Assembly: GCA_964016885.1 (NCBI GenBank) | Contig: OZ024741.1 | Location: 365,242,001 to 365,306,000 of the forward strand | Source: Eledone cirrhosa | Lineage: Eukaryota | Length of the DNA stretch: 64,000 nt | Reading direction: 5' to 3' | Part shown: positions 12,515-26,349 of the stretch, in pieces | Position numbering within the stretch: position 1 is the first letter of the stretch | Layout: the number at the start of each line of letters is the position of its first letter | The notes under the pieces: generated by a model | The model's input: the letters and a program-made list of their open reading frames with translations, nothing else | What the model was told of the DNA's origin: nothing | The model's database searches: none | Program-made: the position numbers and the translations under genes

Positions 12515-12660
12515 AATAAACGAAGCCAAATTTTAAACCTCTGACTTATTTATTTTAGTTTATTTTACATAACCCCGGAGTAACTAAACCAACCTGCGCA
12601 CTGGTCGAGTTCTCCAATCTGCATACTGAGGTGTTGGTATACAACCAACATATACTCAAA

Positions 12661-13022
<362 letters not shown>

Positions 13023-13613
13023 TGGCTGCCAACTCGTTTTCGAGTACGGCCACTACTTTATATCCATGTAGGAGAACCCCTATCGATGCGCTGAACGAGT
13101 GTGACTTTTTAGTCCGGCCAGCGACTTGAAAAATCTAGTACAAACACTACACTTGTGACACTTATTGACACATAGTGCTGGGCCCATGGTACCATGTGAT
13201 GACAAGTGCAGAGAGATCTCCAGATATAAAGCAATGCCTGTGCCGTGAAGCTTTTATAGTGAGCAAAGGCACTGCACAAAGCCATTCCCACATTCTTAAC
13301 CAAGATGATATTTATCAAAAAGAAGAACAAGTCAACATCATTGGAAACTATCAGGGTTGCAGGTGTTATATCAGAGTTTTCCTTCTCCTAGAATTTTGCC
13401 TTGACAAAGGCTAAGGGGTCATCTGTCCCGGATATATATATATACATATATATATACATATATACATATATATATATATGTATATATGTAGGAGGTGAGT
13501 TTTATTGTAGTACAATAAAGCAATGCAGATATCGGATAAGAAGCACTCTACAGTTTGTAGGACTGGAGTATGCATAATATAAGATCAAAAGATGGTTAAA
13601 GGAGTTCCATGTA

Positions 13614-13680
13614 TTTTATTATGCGCATTTCAAAAACAAACATCATCATGCAATAATATTTGTGTTTTCATCAGATAAAA
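13614..13680 (-). ncRNA. Type I hammerhead ribozyme in a solo pLTR-like element (~13490-13740)
   Basis: Minus strand: ttttat CTGATGA aaacacaaatattattgcatgatgatgtttgttttt GAAA tgcgca TA ataaaa; palindromic stem III ATGCGCAT. Confidence 0.8.
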
Positions 13681-13776
13681 CAGGAGAACATGATATGAAG
13701 GCTAAAAAACACTTGTGGATAGTGCAGTTTTAAATCAACATATGTATATATATATGTATATATGTATATATATATG

Positions 13777-13807
<31 letters not shown>

Positions 13808-13904
13808 GTATATACATATATACACATATATATATATATATACATATATATATACATATATACATATATATATACATATATATATATATATAAATATATA
13901 TACA

Positions 13905-13947
<43 letters not shown>

Positions 13948-13948
<1 letters not shown>

Positions 13949-14611
13949 AGACTCTCAACAGGATGATTCTTAACAGGATCCAGCCTGAGATGGAGAAGAA
14001 GCTCAGGGACAACCAGAACGGCTTCAGAGAGGGAAGATCAACCACCAATCACATCCTGATGCTGAGGAGGATATTAGGGCGAGCTTGAGCAAAGTGCCTT
14101 CTTGCGGTCATGGTTTTCATTGACTTTAGGAAGGCCTTTGATTTTGTGAACCATCACTGCCTGATGAAGATCTTACAGGCTTATGGAATCCCCAAGAAGA
14201 TAGTGGACCTGATATCACTGCACTACACCAACACCAAAGCCCAAGTCATTACACCTGATGGGATGACAGAGTTCTTTGAGATACTGGCTGGAGTGCTCCA
14301 GCGAGTTACATTGGCTCCCTACCTTTTCATCATCGTAGTGGACTATTGTATGCGCCTTGCACTGGAGAAACACGAGGACTCTGGCTTTACTGTAGCACCA
14401 GCTCAAAGCAGGAGAGTTAAGGCGAAAAAAGAATCAGATGCTGAATTTGCCGACGACATAGTTTTGGTGACAAATACAGTGAAGTGGGCAGAGGATTTGA
14501 TGCGGGAGGTTGAGACTGTGTCGATGAGTGTGGGGCTGAGAATGAATGAGACTAAAATAAAATATCTGGTAGAGAATGTTGAGAAGCCAGAGGGGATCAC
14601 TAATGTAGGCA
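13948..14611 (+). pseudogene. RTE-like LINE reverse transcriptase fragment
   Basis: [40 protein letters not shown]. Confidence 0.9.
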
Positions 14612-15575
14612 GGTCTCGTCTATAGTGTTAATCCAGAGTTCCGTGTCTAATATAGGTAGTCTACTGTTAGGGTGGTTGGAAGGGTATTCGTTAGTTACAG
14701 TTATACTCAGGGGTATGGAATTAGCTATCTGCTGGATGCTTTCCATTGTGCTACATTCTAAATCACACTTGTTAGTACTCTCTTAGTGTCCTTATTACTA
14801 CATTAATGTCGTCTACGTAACGAGAGTACATGATGTGTTCTATGGATCTCTCATCAAGGAGATCTTTGAGTTCCCTTTTCCACCATACCATAAACAGTTT
14901 GGCAACGTCATCAGCTATGCTGACGCTAATGGCTGCTCCCTCATTTTGGGTATAGATCTTCTCGTTGAATTTGAATATGTGGCCATTTAGGGTAGTTGTA
15001 ATACTAGCCCCTATTGCATGCGCGACCATTATTCTTACCTGATCATTGTTTTGGGGGGTCCGTATGGTTTTGGTCCACCCAATCCTTGGGAGTCGTTTTG
15101 CCATTGAGGTTATGGTGGGGGGTCTACCTCTTATGGGTCTACTGGGGCAGAAACGGCTAAGGTCATAGCTGTCTAGGTAGTCAGTGTCGTAGGTAAGTCT
15201 AAGTAGGAGGCCTAGTTCATCTGTGTCGACGTCGCAGAACTCCACCTCACTGTCACTGATCATCTCCACACATTTTTCAACAGCAAAATCAATGTTAATG
15301 GATGGGTACAGTGATACCGCGTCCATACTGCCTATTATGCAGTTAGATAGGTTTTTGTTTTTGTTACATTCATTGATTCTGCTGAAGAGGTCCTCTGTAC
15401 TGTCACATACATCTGGGGACATCTTTATTATGGGGCGTATAATTATTGAGAGGAAATAGGAGATCCTTTATTTGCTAGTGATATTGGCTCCGCATACAGG
15501 TCTTGTATGTGGTCCTGTTGTCGGGTCGTTGACTGTCTTATGGTCTTTGCGGAGCCCATACAAGGCAGGTATGTC
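14612..15575 (-). pseudogene. PLE reverse transcriptase fragment (lineage distinct from the two Naiad-type copies)
   Basis: LYGLRKDHK, TRPVCGA, GSMDAVSLYPSI, YSRYVDDI, YPSNHPNSRLPILD. Confidence 0.85.
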
Positions 15576-15684
15576 ATACACACACGCAAACGCATGCGCA
15601 GAGAAGAAGGCAAAAATAAGTAAATAAATAAACAGATAAAATAAAGATGGCGTAGATATACAATACAACAGGAGGAACATAATG

Positions 15685-15730
15685 GCACCACTGACGATGT
15701 TGCAGATGTGCAACGAAAGAACTTTGTTAG
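15685..15730 (+). ncRNA. Candidate hammerhead in an inverted pLTR next to the PLE fragment
   Basis: acca CTGACGA t gttgca-gatg-tgcaac GAAA gaac TT tgtt; perfect stem II, weak stem I. Confidence 0.55.
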
Positions 15731-15917
15731 ACTATATATATGTGTTTATATCTATATTATGTAAGTATGTTTGACCGTTGGTCAGTCAATGGTAAACATT
15801 GAGGACCGTATGAATTAACTGATATAAAAGATACAGATGCGGAAACCAACCAAACAGTGTGTTCTGTTATTAATTCAGGCAATATTATTACAACAATATG
15901 ACACCCTCCCCAAGTAT

Positions 15918-16055
<138 letters not shown>

Positions 16056-16098
16056 ATATATGTATATATATATGTATATATACATGTATATATATATG

Positions 16099-16130
<32 letters not shown>

Positions 16131-16139
16131 TATATATAG

Positions 16140-16280
16140 AGTACAGAATTAGCCGTCGAAACGGCTTGAGCTCAGCCGTCGGGATCTTACTTGTTCCCAT
16201 TACCCACTCTACTACCCTAAGTATTGAGTACTTTGGTGCGTTATGGTCCACCTGGCTCCTTACCACATTTCCTTCGTTAT
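16140..16280 (+). mobile_element. Family C copy
   Basis: Matches 5060-5190; flanked by (TA)n. Confidence 0.8.
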
Positions 16281-16283
16281 ATT

Positions 16284-16349
<66 letters not shown>

Positions 16350-16717
16350 GTATATATTATGTCTGTTTCTCACATACAATACACACACACACACACACAT
16401 AGATATATAGATATATTTATCCGAACGCGTTTGTGCGAGTATTCGTGTGTGTATCCGTGTGCGTATGTGTTTGTATTGTGTGCGTGGGTGTGTGTCTGTG
16501 TCTGTGTCTGTGTGTCACTGTGTTTGTAAGTGCTTATACATACATTTCGTCTGTATACTTATATTTCCCCTTAGTCAATGGACAAAAAATACTGGTTTAC
16601 ATCTTTAACATTATTTGCAATTCCTATCTTGTGTATTTATTTGAAATGGTGCCTTCATGCACACCCACACAGATGAACTTGCCCAACACACTGTCATACA
16701 GACTTACACACAGACTC

Positions 16718-16863
16718 AGAGAAAGTGAGAAAGAGAAAGAGACAGGAGAGAGAGAGAAACAATGAGAGTGAGAGAGAAAGAGAGTGAGTAAAAGAATGAG
16801 TGAGAGAAAGAGTGAGTGAGAGAAAGAGGGAGATCGAAATATAGTGAGAGAGAGAGGAGAGAG

Positions 16864-16943
<80 letters not shown>

Positions 16944-16946
16944 GAG
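16718..16946. repeat. (GA)n/(GATA)n low-complexity tract
   Basis: Direct reading. Confidence 0.9.
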
Positions 16947-17019
16947 AAAAAAGTCACATGCAGCTACACTTATTGAAATGACCAATTGAAATGTGCCTCT
17001 TCGCTGGAGAAAGAAAATA

Positions 17020-17202
17020 AGTGTTTCTACTTTAGGCACTAGGCCAGCAAATTACCCAGTACATTACTGGTACTTTATTTTATCGACCCCGTAAGGATGA
17101 AAGGCAAAGTTAACCTCGGCGCGATTTGAACTCAGACTGTAAAGGGACGTAATTATGCTAGAAAGCATTGCGTCCAACCCTCTACCGATACTGCCAATTC
17201 AC
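17020..17202 (-). mobile_element. tRNA-derived SINE family 1
   Basis: Reverse complement of the 17945-18132 consensus. Confidence 0.85.
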
Positions 17203-17588
17203 CAAAGTCTAGTGCAGCAATTGTTAGAGACCCTTATCTTAGTGTTAGCTGTAGGTGCCTGTGGTTTTTATAGTGCCTTAAGCTCGAAGCCTTCGCCAAC
17301 GCATACGATCTGCTGCTGCTCTCTCGTATTCGATCCAGGTGATGTTGACAGCCAGGTGATCTCAGCTCTCTCCTGCGGATCCACCCCAGAGGAGCGCAAG
17401 TCATTTCTGTTTTTGTGTGCAGACTCCCATGCTGAAGTGAAGAGCGGCTATTTAATGGTGGGAAGAGTAACACACTGTTAGCACAATGAAAACTCCATTC
17501 TAACAGACCACAAGATAAGCCTTAATAAAGTACACACACATAAAAACATACACACATATACAGGCACACACACACATACACACACACC

Positions 17589-17657
<69 letters not shown>

Positions 17658-17944
17658 TGCGTGCGGACGGTATTTTAGGACAGATTTATGGTTTTAAAAA
17701 AACGCCTATATAACAGAAAAAACTGTATTCTTATAAATATAACATAAACCTAAATTATCAATTTAATAATTGCATTCAATAAAACCACCATAAGCATCAA
17801 TAGCTTTCGATTACAGAGGCAGGTTCTATCTATAATAAATCTTGCCTCGAGCTGATCGCTAGAGAAACATATGTAATATGCTATTAAATATGCTATGATG
17901 CAACACTGAATCCTCGTTCTTTATCATTATAATATATATATATA

Positions 17945-18128
17945 GGGCGGTGGATTGGCAGTATCGGTAGAGGGTCGGATGCCATGCTTTCCAGCATAGT
18001 TACATCCCTTTACGGTCTGAGTTCAAATCCCGCCGAGGTTAACTTTGCCTTTCATCCTTATGGGTTCGATAAAATAAAGTACCAGTAATGTACTGTGAAT
18101 TGATGGCCTTGTGCCAAAAGAAGAAACA

Positions 18129-18132
<4 letters not shown>
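17945..18132 (+). mobile_element. tRNA-derived SINE family 1 (reference copy)
   Basis: A box tggcagtatcgg, B box gagttcaaatccc, core gcctttcatcc..gggttcgataaa..gtaccag. More than 20 copies in the window, e.g. 19390, 21520, 24030, 24106, 26036, 35963, 48020, 48551, 55345, 55560. Confidence 0.9.
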
Positions 18133-18167
<35 letters not shown>

Positions 18168-18174
<7 letters not shown>

Positions 18175-18522
18175 AAGTAATTAAGTCAAATATTTGAAAT
18201 TTGGCTTCGTTTATTAAAGATGTACTGCTATATATATTTCGCGACAGCCATCATGGCTGTGACCTCTTCAGGCAGTCGGAATTGGTGTGGTAGAGACAGG
18301 TACACGTGTTGTTAAAGTGTTTTACTCCGTCAATACTCCGATATGTCCAGCTCCTGGTTGGGTTGCTATTTCTCTGAGGAACTGGAATCATATAATAAAC
18401 GAAGCCAAATTTTAAGTATTTGACTTAATTACTTTATTTTACATCACTCCGGAGTAACCCCAAACCAACATGCGTACTTCGTCGAGTGCTCCAATCTGCA
18501 TACTGAGGTGTCGGTAAACAAC

Positions 18523-18526
<4 letters not shown>
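18168..18526 (-). mobile_element. Family B pLTR (minus strand, HHR at 18224-18276) plus short plus-strand end with tail
   Basis: Reverse complement of 4760-4980 with CTGAAGA/GAAA core retained; 18393-18526 matches 12514-12655. Confidence 0.85.
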
Positions 18527-18555
<29 letters not shown>

Positions 18556-18557
<2 letters not shown>

Positions 18558-18808
18558 AAAAAATGAATTTCCTTTCTGACTCTTAGTACGGCTGATACTT
18601 AAATATAAGTATGTACACGTACATACATATATGTATACAGACGTACAGTAGTATGTATATACACACATACATGCACACACATATATATATATGTGCGTAT
18701 ATATATATATATATATATATATATACGTACATATATATATGTGTGCATGTATGTATTATATACATACTATTTTACGTCTGTATACATATATGTATATACT
18801 TATACATA

Positions 18809-18812
<4 letters not shown>
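18556..18812 (-). mobile_element. Foldback fragment of the 43984-44990 mini-element family
   Basis: actcttagtacggctgatacttaaatataagtatgtacacgtacatac matches ~44018-44066. Confidence 0.8.
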
Positions 18813-18852
<40 letters not shown>

Positions 18853-19065
18853 ATAACAAGATATCGTTATAGGTAACCCAATTACAGGTTGTGAATACTT
18901 CTTATTATGGATAGTTTTAGCGTACGGCGTTGTATGACTCAACAAGAGGTTTACATAGATGGCGAGTTTATGATTTCACTTGTATTCCTATGTAAGTTTA
19001 TCTTGGAGTAATAAAATTGAAAAAGTGGAGAATAACATGGTCAACAGTACAAAAAAGGAGATTTA

Positions 19066-19181
19066 TTTACAGTCTAACAATTGTTTCACTGATAGATTTG
19101 TCTAAAAATTGCTAAACACTGAAAGTAGTGCCACTCAATTTAAAATACATATTGGCACATCATATCGTCAGAAACTGTAAA
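19066..19181 (-). ncRNA. Type I hammerhead with expanded stem II
   Basis: Minus strand: tttacagttt CTGACGA [~80 nt] GAAA caattg TT agactgtaaa. A partial inverted copy lies at 20023-20120. Confidence 0.7.
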
Positions 19182-20112
19182 AAAAAATATATATGTGTGT
19201 AACCGGCAAATTTACAAATTCAAATTACAACATCAATTATAATATTAATAATAAAGATATAGAGAGAAAAAAAGGAAGGGAGATAGATATAGTAAAGAGA
19301 GAAAGGGAGGGAAGAAGAAAGACGAAGATGGAAAAAGAAAAAGAGATAGAGAAAGAAGAAGAAAAAGGAGATATTATTACAGCTAAAATTGGTAGGGGTC
19401 GGACGCCTTGCTTTGACGCATAGAGTTACGGCCCTTGCCATTCTGAGTTCAAATCCCGCCGAGGTTAACTTTGCCTTTCATCCTTACGGGGTCGATAAAA
19501 TAAAGTACCAGTAATACACTGGGTAATTGCTGGCCTTGTGCCTAACGTAGAAACAATTATTACAGCTAAAATTAAGATGTATAGAATATGATAGACAAAC
19601 ATAAGTAGAGATAGCGTAGGTTAGAGAGAAGAATGTGGAGGGACAAATAGATGAATATGATAGACAAACACAAGTAGAAATAGGATAGAGAGAAGAAGGT
19701 AGAGGGGAAAATAGATGAATAAACGTTAATACATGAATAAATGTAAATAAAAATAAAGATAGATATATAGAAATATATGAGGAAATAAATGAAAAAATAT
19801 ATAAATATATATAAAAAATTGATAGATAAATAAATAAATAAATAAATAAATAAATTACATAAAATGGTATAATATGTGAAAAGTGAAGATGAAATTAAAT
19901 AAATAAATATGTAAAAGAAGTAAAAATGTACGAAGAATATTTAAACATGTTAAGATTATTGAGAATAGTTTTTTATAATTGTTAAATATATGAATAGATA
20001 TTAAGTTGAAAATATGATAATGTAATTTTTAGACAACTCTATCTGTGAAACATTTGTTAGACCAAATAAATCTCCTTTTTTGTACTGTTGACCATGTTAT
20101 TCTCCACATTTC

Positions 20113-20151
<39 letters not shown>

Positions 20152-22817
20152 TACAAAGAGTGGCGCTCGGATGCTAAGAAATAGCCAACAAAAGAGGGCG
20201 AAGACCACCAAAGATGGAAAAAGAAGTTGCCATCGGTGCTATGAAGAATCGAACCTCGCATCTCTCGGATACCGGTTAAACGCTTTGGATACAGTGTATG
20301 TATTATAGTTTCAATCAACAATATATTGTGTTATCACACAATAATGTCATTGTTGTCGTTGTGTAGCTTCAGGTGAGCTCCGATGGAGCAGGTTGTTGGT
20401 CTTGCTACTCTGTACTTTAGGTGTACCACGTTATTTAAGATATACCACAACATCGCCTTGCTGTGAACTATACAACTACATGTCGCCATATAACACATTT
20501 TATAAGTCATTATAAAATCTTGGTATTTGGAAGTCATCATGATAACCTTTTGAATTCGCTTTGTCAGCGTGGTTGTCGTACAATACCCTTCAGACAATAT
20601 TTTGTTTCTTTTTAGAATTCTTCACTTTCATTGTATCTTTTAACCGTCATTTTCGGTTAAGGCAAAGCAAGAAATGTCATGAACATATTTTACGATCGCT
20701 TCTTCAGATTAATTACTTCCCACGAGAAACCATTGTGCTTGGAAATGGGTACATTATTACCGGTCAAAACTCTTAGCAGAAACACCTTTTTTTTTGTCAC
20801 AAGATTTGAAACCAGAGTGCTGTCTCGATATTTCCTCCAACACTCAGTGCTGTAGTTTCAAATTTCGGCATCCATAAGGAGAAAAAGTAGTCGGATCGAA
20901 TAGAAGTCTTTATGCACGGTTATTTGAAACATAAAGATAAAAAAATAAAAATAAAGCTAGAATTCCATTATTCCCAGAACATATTTATCGAAGTATATAG
21001 TTGTTAATATTAACCTCAAGTTTCGTTTTACAATTCTCCATTCTAACTATATCGTGCAAGAAATCTAAACATCAGCTGTGGCAGTTTCACAGAGACTGTT
21101 GGCATCTTTGCAATATAAATGTAAACGCTTGCATTTGTTTAATGAACATTGCAAGATCTTTCAATGATTACATCAAATCTGGTGCTCGGATCTCTCTACT
21201 TGTGTTGTTAGTACTGGGTTTTCTTTTTTCAGAGTTAAATAACATTTTGTCTTCTTCAATCAGATACCCTCTAAGATTAGACCGTAAATATTTTTTACAA
21301 GGAAGCCTCTTGATTGCGTTGTAAAATGTATTAATTTTTGAAAAAGATTATCTTCACTTAAAATTAGTTAAATAAAGGTACAACTTCGATTTTCCGGCAT
21401 AATTGCTACCAGAACAGTGCCCGACTATATGATAATATTGCGGAGTAAGGCAGCATTATTTTTTTTGTCTTTTTTAACTCAGAAAGTAAAGGGCTGAAAC
21501 GTGCTTTGCGGCATATAGTAATGACCGTTTACATGCTGAGTTCAAATCCTGCCGAGGTTAACTTTGCCTTTCATTCTTACGGAGTCGATGAAATAAAATA
21601 CAAGTAACGCACTCAGATTAATTTAATCAATATTCTCCTGCGTTTCAAATTGCTGGCCTTGTGCCAAATATAGGAACAATTGTTTTTCTCTTTCAACTAT
21701 AATAATATGAAGGCACAAATGCGTCAAATTTAATCTGTTATACGGACGGTAGCCATTTCACACGAGGGTCATAGGTAGTTAAAATATCTCCCCTTTCCAC
21801 AAATTATATCTAGATAAAACGAGGTCCTTTACAATCATTCGCGTAGTCCCTGTATATTCAAAATTTGTAAGATTAATATTGCTCTCAACTTCGTTAAATC
21901 AGGTCGGTTGCGATAATTAGTGTTCTCAAACTGGAACATATTTTATCGCTCTAATTTTTATCGAACTAGCAAGTTGCCGGACATAAGGAAACAACAAGCT
22001 TAAACACACACACACATATATATGTATTAATGAGGTAGATGTCCGACCATGAATTCGGGCGTTTCGACTTGAAACCTCTCCAAACATCTTCATGGTATAC
22101 TGAAGAAGGTTGGAGAGGTTACAGGCTGAAAGCGGTCGAGGTTTTTAATTCACCATCTTTGAATCCTATCATGTATCGAATACTACTTTGATTTGTGGTC
22201 TTCCTGGTCACACACACACACACAAATATATATATATATAGAGAGAGACAAAGAAAGAGGGAGGAAGAGAGGGACAGAGAGACGGAAAGGTAGAGACAGG
22301 ACATAATAAATTATATTATATAATATAACAAGATTTTATCATATAACAATATTTTATCATATCAAAGGAAGGATTAACCAATTACATGTCAGCTTTAATT
22401 TAAGGAAACGAAGATGTTTTAAATCATATATCAAAATCAATAAATCTAGAATTGACACTGATGATTCATTGATTTGAAACATTTAAATTACTTCAATGAC
22501 CAAATACTATTAATCATCATTTGCTACGTCTGTTATCTACACGAAAAGGTACACTTATGCTTCACTTGCGCCATCATTACAGTATTTCTATATCTATAAT
22601 TGTCTCAACAAAAATGTCTCTCTATCCTACTATTTCCACAATATTTTCTAAGCCAGGTTATGTGAAACCCATTGTTGTATCTGTGGGTCTTAGACAGTCC
22701 CCATCCCAAACCGGAGCCGGGAGATTAGAAATACAATATAACGGATGCTGTATGTAGTACATACAACACCATATATTTCACATAACAAATCATAAATATA
22801 TAGCAGGAAAAAGTAAA

Positions 22818-23150
22818 GACCCCTTGTTCACAAATGTCCATGGGATTTGCACCTAGAAAGTTCCCCTCCAAGGCACAAGTCGGTGCAAGGTTACTTGTGA
22901 AAGACCAACAGTACCCTATGCATGTCAGTCTCCCCTCTCCACACCATCAATGTTGCCCAAAGGAAAGGCAATGTCCGATACAGCTTGGCACCAGTGACGT
23001 CGGAGCTCATTTCTGCAGCTGCGTAAAATGGAGCAACGTGAAATAAAGTGTCATACTCAAGGACACAAGGCATCACCCATTCCAACAATCGAACTCACAA
23101 TCTCCCGATTGCAAGCCCAATGCTCTAGCTACTAAACCATGTACCTTCAC
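22818..23150 (-). mobile_element. tRNA-derived SINE family 2
   Basis: Minus strand has a tRNA-like head (gtgaaggtacatggtttagtagctag...gagttcgatt) then ccttgagtatgacactttatttcacgttgctcc. Confidence 0.75.
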
Positions 23151-23569
23151 ATATATAGCAGTATAGTTTATATAAATCCTTGCTCGATGTTATAATTTTT
23201 GGGGCGAAAGCTGTACATTGCAAATTAGGAATACAAGAGTGCACTCATACAAGAGTAAATATGCAAAACAGAACAAAACAATAGTTTAAATTTATATTTC
23301 CTATTTCGAGATGAGGAGCTCTTTTTCTAAAGAGGTTCTAATCGTGAAATAACGTGTAGTGTAAGCTATAAAGTAAAATCATAAAAACACCGAGTCGTAT
23401 CTAAAAGTTATGTAAATATTCAGAAAAAATTAGGTTTTCCTAAACATGACATTTTGTCTTCCAGGTCATAAATGGCATATGAATCTTAATTGCTGCAAAT
23501 TACGTATGTTATTCACTTGGCTGCAATGAGTATTTATCATCAACGAAATGCCTTCCTTGTTATATATAA

Positions 23570-23790
23570 TGGTTTCTAGTATAGGAACAAGGCCAGTAAT
23601 TTTGTGGGGAGGGGAAAGTCGATTAAATTGACCCCAGTACGTTACTGGTGCTTTATTTTATCGACCCCGTAAGGATGAAAGGCAAAGTTAACCTCGGTGG
23701 GATTTGAACTCAGACCATAAAGGGGCGTAACTCTATGCTCGAAAGCATGGTGTCCGACTCTACCGCTACTCCCAATCCAATCCTCCGCCC
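23570..23790 (-). mobile_element. SINE family 1, full length
   Basis: Reverse complement of the consensus. Confidence 0.9.
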
Positions 23791-24783
23791 TGATTATATA
23801 TAATGAACATTCCTAAAATATATTTTATCGTTCAGTACGTCCGTTAAAGTTATTAAATCATAACGCTTCTTGGTTTCATTAACTGTCTTTTATGTTGTTC
23901 TCATTGATGTGTTTTAAAATAAGTACAATTTTCCCGTTCGTCAGTAGGTTTGATAGTTTCCAGGAATTTTGTATAGATATCGATACAATCATTGTTGAGA
24001 TAAGCTCGAATAGAATGCTTTGTGCTATTCATTCCGGCTCTCTACGCTTAGAGTTCAAATCATACCAAGGCCAACTTTGCCTTTCATACGTTCAAGGTCG
24101 ATAAATAATTGTTTCTACTTTAAACACAAGAGCAGCAATTTAAAGGGGAGGGAAACTTGACTAAATCGATCCCACTACGTTACTGGTGCTTTATTTTATC
24201 CATCCTGTAAGGATGAAAGACAAAGCTAACGTCGTCGGGATTTGAACTCGGAACGTAAAGAACCGTAGCGCTATGCTACAAAGCATGAAGTCAATAAATA
24301 ATATATCACTGTAGTGTTGTTTGATTCCTCTCTCTCTGGAAGAAATAAGGTGTATTTAGACCTGGAGGGGGATGGATTTTGTCAGGCTTAAATGCATATT
24401 TTAAAAAAAGATGCTAAGTTTAAATCACTTGCCAGAAACGTTCCTGCTTCCGAATTAGATGAAGGTTTATTTATCATGCTATTAATGCAACATAATATGA
24501 ATTGCATCTATACTAATATACATTAGAAAATTTAACCAAATTTCTCATCTAAAGCGATTGTGTTGTAGTTAGATGACAGCCTATTGTAATGCTAATGTAT
24601 GCGTTTCTAACAACAATTCTGTAGCTAAAATCCTTTATATATATTTTATATAAACACTTGCCTAAAGTATCCTCTAGGTTTTGAAAAGTAGGATTATAGC
24701 TCATTAATGCTGGTTTATGTCAGAAATGTCCGTTACATTCCATCTATGAACAAAGAAAATTATTTGCTAGATAATATATATAA

Positions 24784-24840
<57 letters not shown>

Positions 24841-26349
24841 AGATTGTAACGATGAAGCTGTTAGAAACACCTGCATTACCATTACAATAGAATGTCAGCC
24901 GACAACATCACAATTGATTTAGATGAAGAATTCGGTTAAATGTTCTACCTTTTATAATGTTTTGGGCCTCCCTCGGTTCTGAATATGACTGTTTTAATTT
25001 CACCCTCCTCGTGAAATTAACGTGCAAGTGGCTGGGATATTCACAAACAGGTTATACCCTTTTCATAATTATCAGGAAGATTCAACGTAGCACAGATTGT
25101 GACATGGGTGGCTCTTTGAATTACAGGTACAATTTATTTTTCTGAGTGAATTAGAGCAGCCTAGAATATAGTGTCATCGCTTTATTCGAACTCACAACTT
25201 TTAGATCGTGAACCTAACACTTCTAATCATCGTGACACGACGCACGTCCACCATATCTGTCAAACTCCAATACCCCAAACGAGGAGTACCATGAATAAAA
25301 GTGCCCCAAAACGTCGAGAAATGAAACAAAATGGGGAGATTTTACATAATTTTCACAAGAGAAGAGATCTCTCACCCACCCCAAAGTGGGCGAGAGATCC
25401 CCTGTCGGACGGAGAGAATTGACAGGTCAGCATCCACTAACTTTTCTAGAATATATTACTATATATTACAATTCGTACGAAACAGCTGAAGTATACTATA
25501 TAGGCACATCTGTACAGAAGCCGGTAGATGCATATTTATAGTATACTTCAGCTGCTTAGTGCACACGTTAATATATATACGTGAATTAGATCCCACCGTA
25601 AGTACTAGTAATATGTAAAGTGCACATCCATTTCGAGGTTACTGGTTGTGAGGTATGTAACCAACCTTTGATGATGCTTCGAATAAGAACCGAAACAGGC
25701 TGTTATCTTTTTCAGTCTACAAAGAAATACGAAAATAAGTTATGTTTATATATTGGAATATATAGATGCGCGTTTAAATTCATATTTCACAAAGCTTCGG
25801 TTAAATACTGTACTTTTTCTGTACAAATACGAATTTATTGTATATTGCTGGCATTCATTTAATCCAGTACTCACATTGGGCGCTAACCCCCCCCCCTCCG
25901 GGGGGGGGGGGGGGGGTTAGCGCCCAATGTCTAAAGGGGTGTTGGGGGCGGTAGAGATGATATACTAGTATATTAAACATCAAATGATAGATATGTATAA
26001 ATATAGTAAAATAAAAAAAAAATATAATACTTATTTCGCCGAGGTTAACTTTGCCTTTCATCCTTACGGGATCGATAAAATAAAATAGCAGTAATGCATT
26101 GTGATGATTGCTGGCCTTGTGCCAAAAATAGAAACAATTATTTATCATATATCAATTAACGATTTTATTTATATATTATTTAAAATTTGCGTGTGGGTAC
26201 GTCTCTCTGGAAATGGGGGGGGGGTGCTGAGGTCATTACGTGGCGATGAGCGGGACGGTGGTCCCAAAAGTTTGAGAGCCTCTTATTTAATCGGTCTTAA
26301 AGGGATTAAATTGCAAGGGTATAAGTATATTAGATAGAAAGCACTGGGA

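Larger units (their letters stand above)
8582..12660 (+). mobile_element. Second Naiad-type PLE with ~1-kb inverted 5' copy of its 3' UTR/pLTR
   Basis: 8582-9550 is the reverse complement of about 11570-12565. RT and GIY-YIG remnants lie between. Both ends are in (TA)n. Confidence 0.9.

Noticed and set aside
20215-20300. tRNA gene on the minus strand (ggttcgattc B box)
   Set aside because: No cloverleaf; probably a decayed SINE head.
20334-21324. Possible host exons
   Set aside because: No recognisable protein motif or consistent splice structure by eye.
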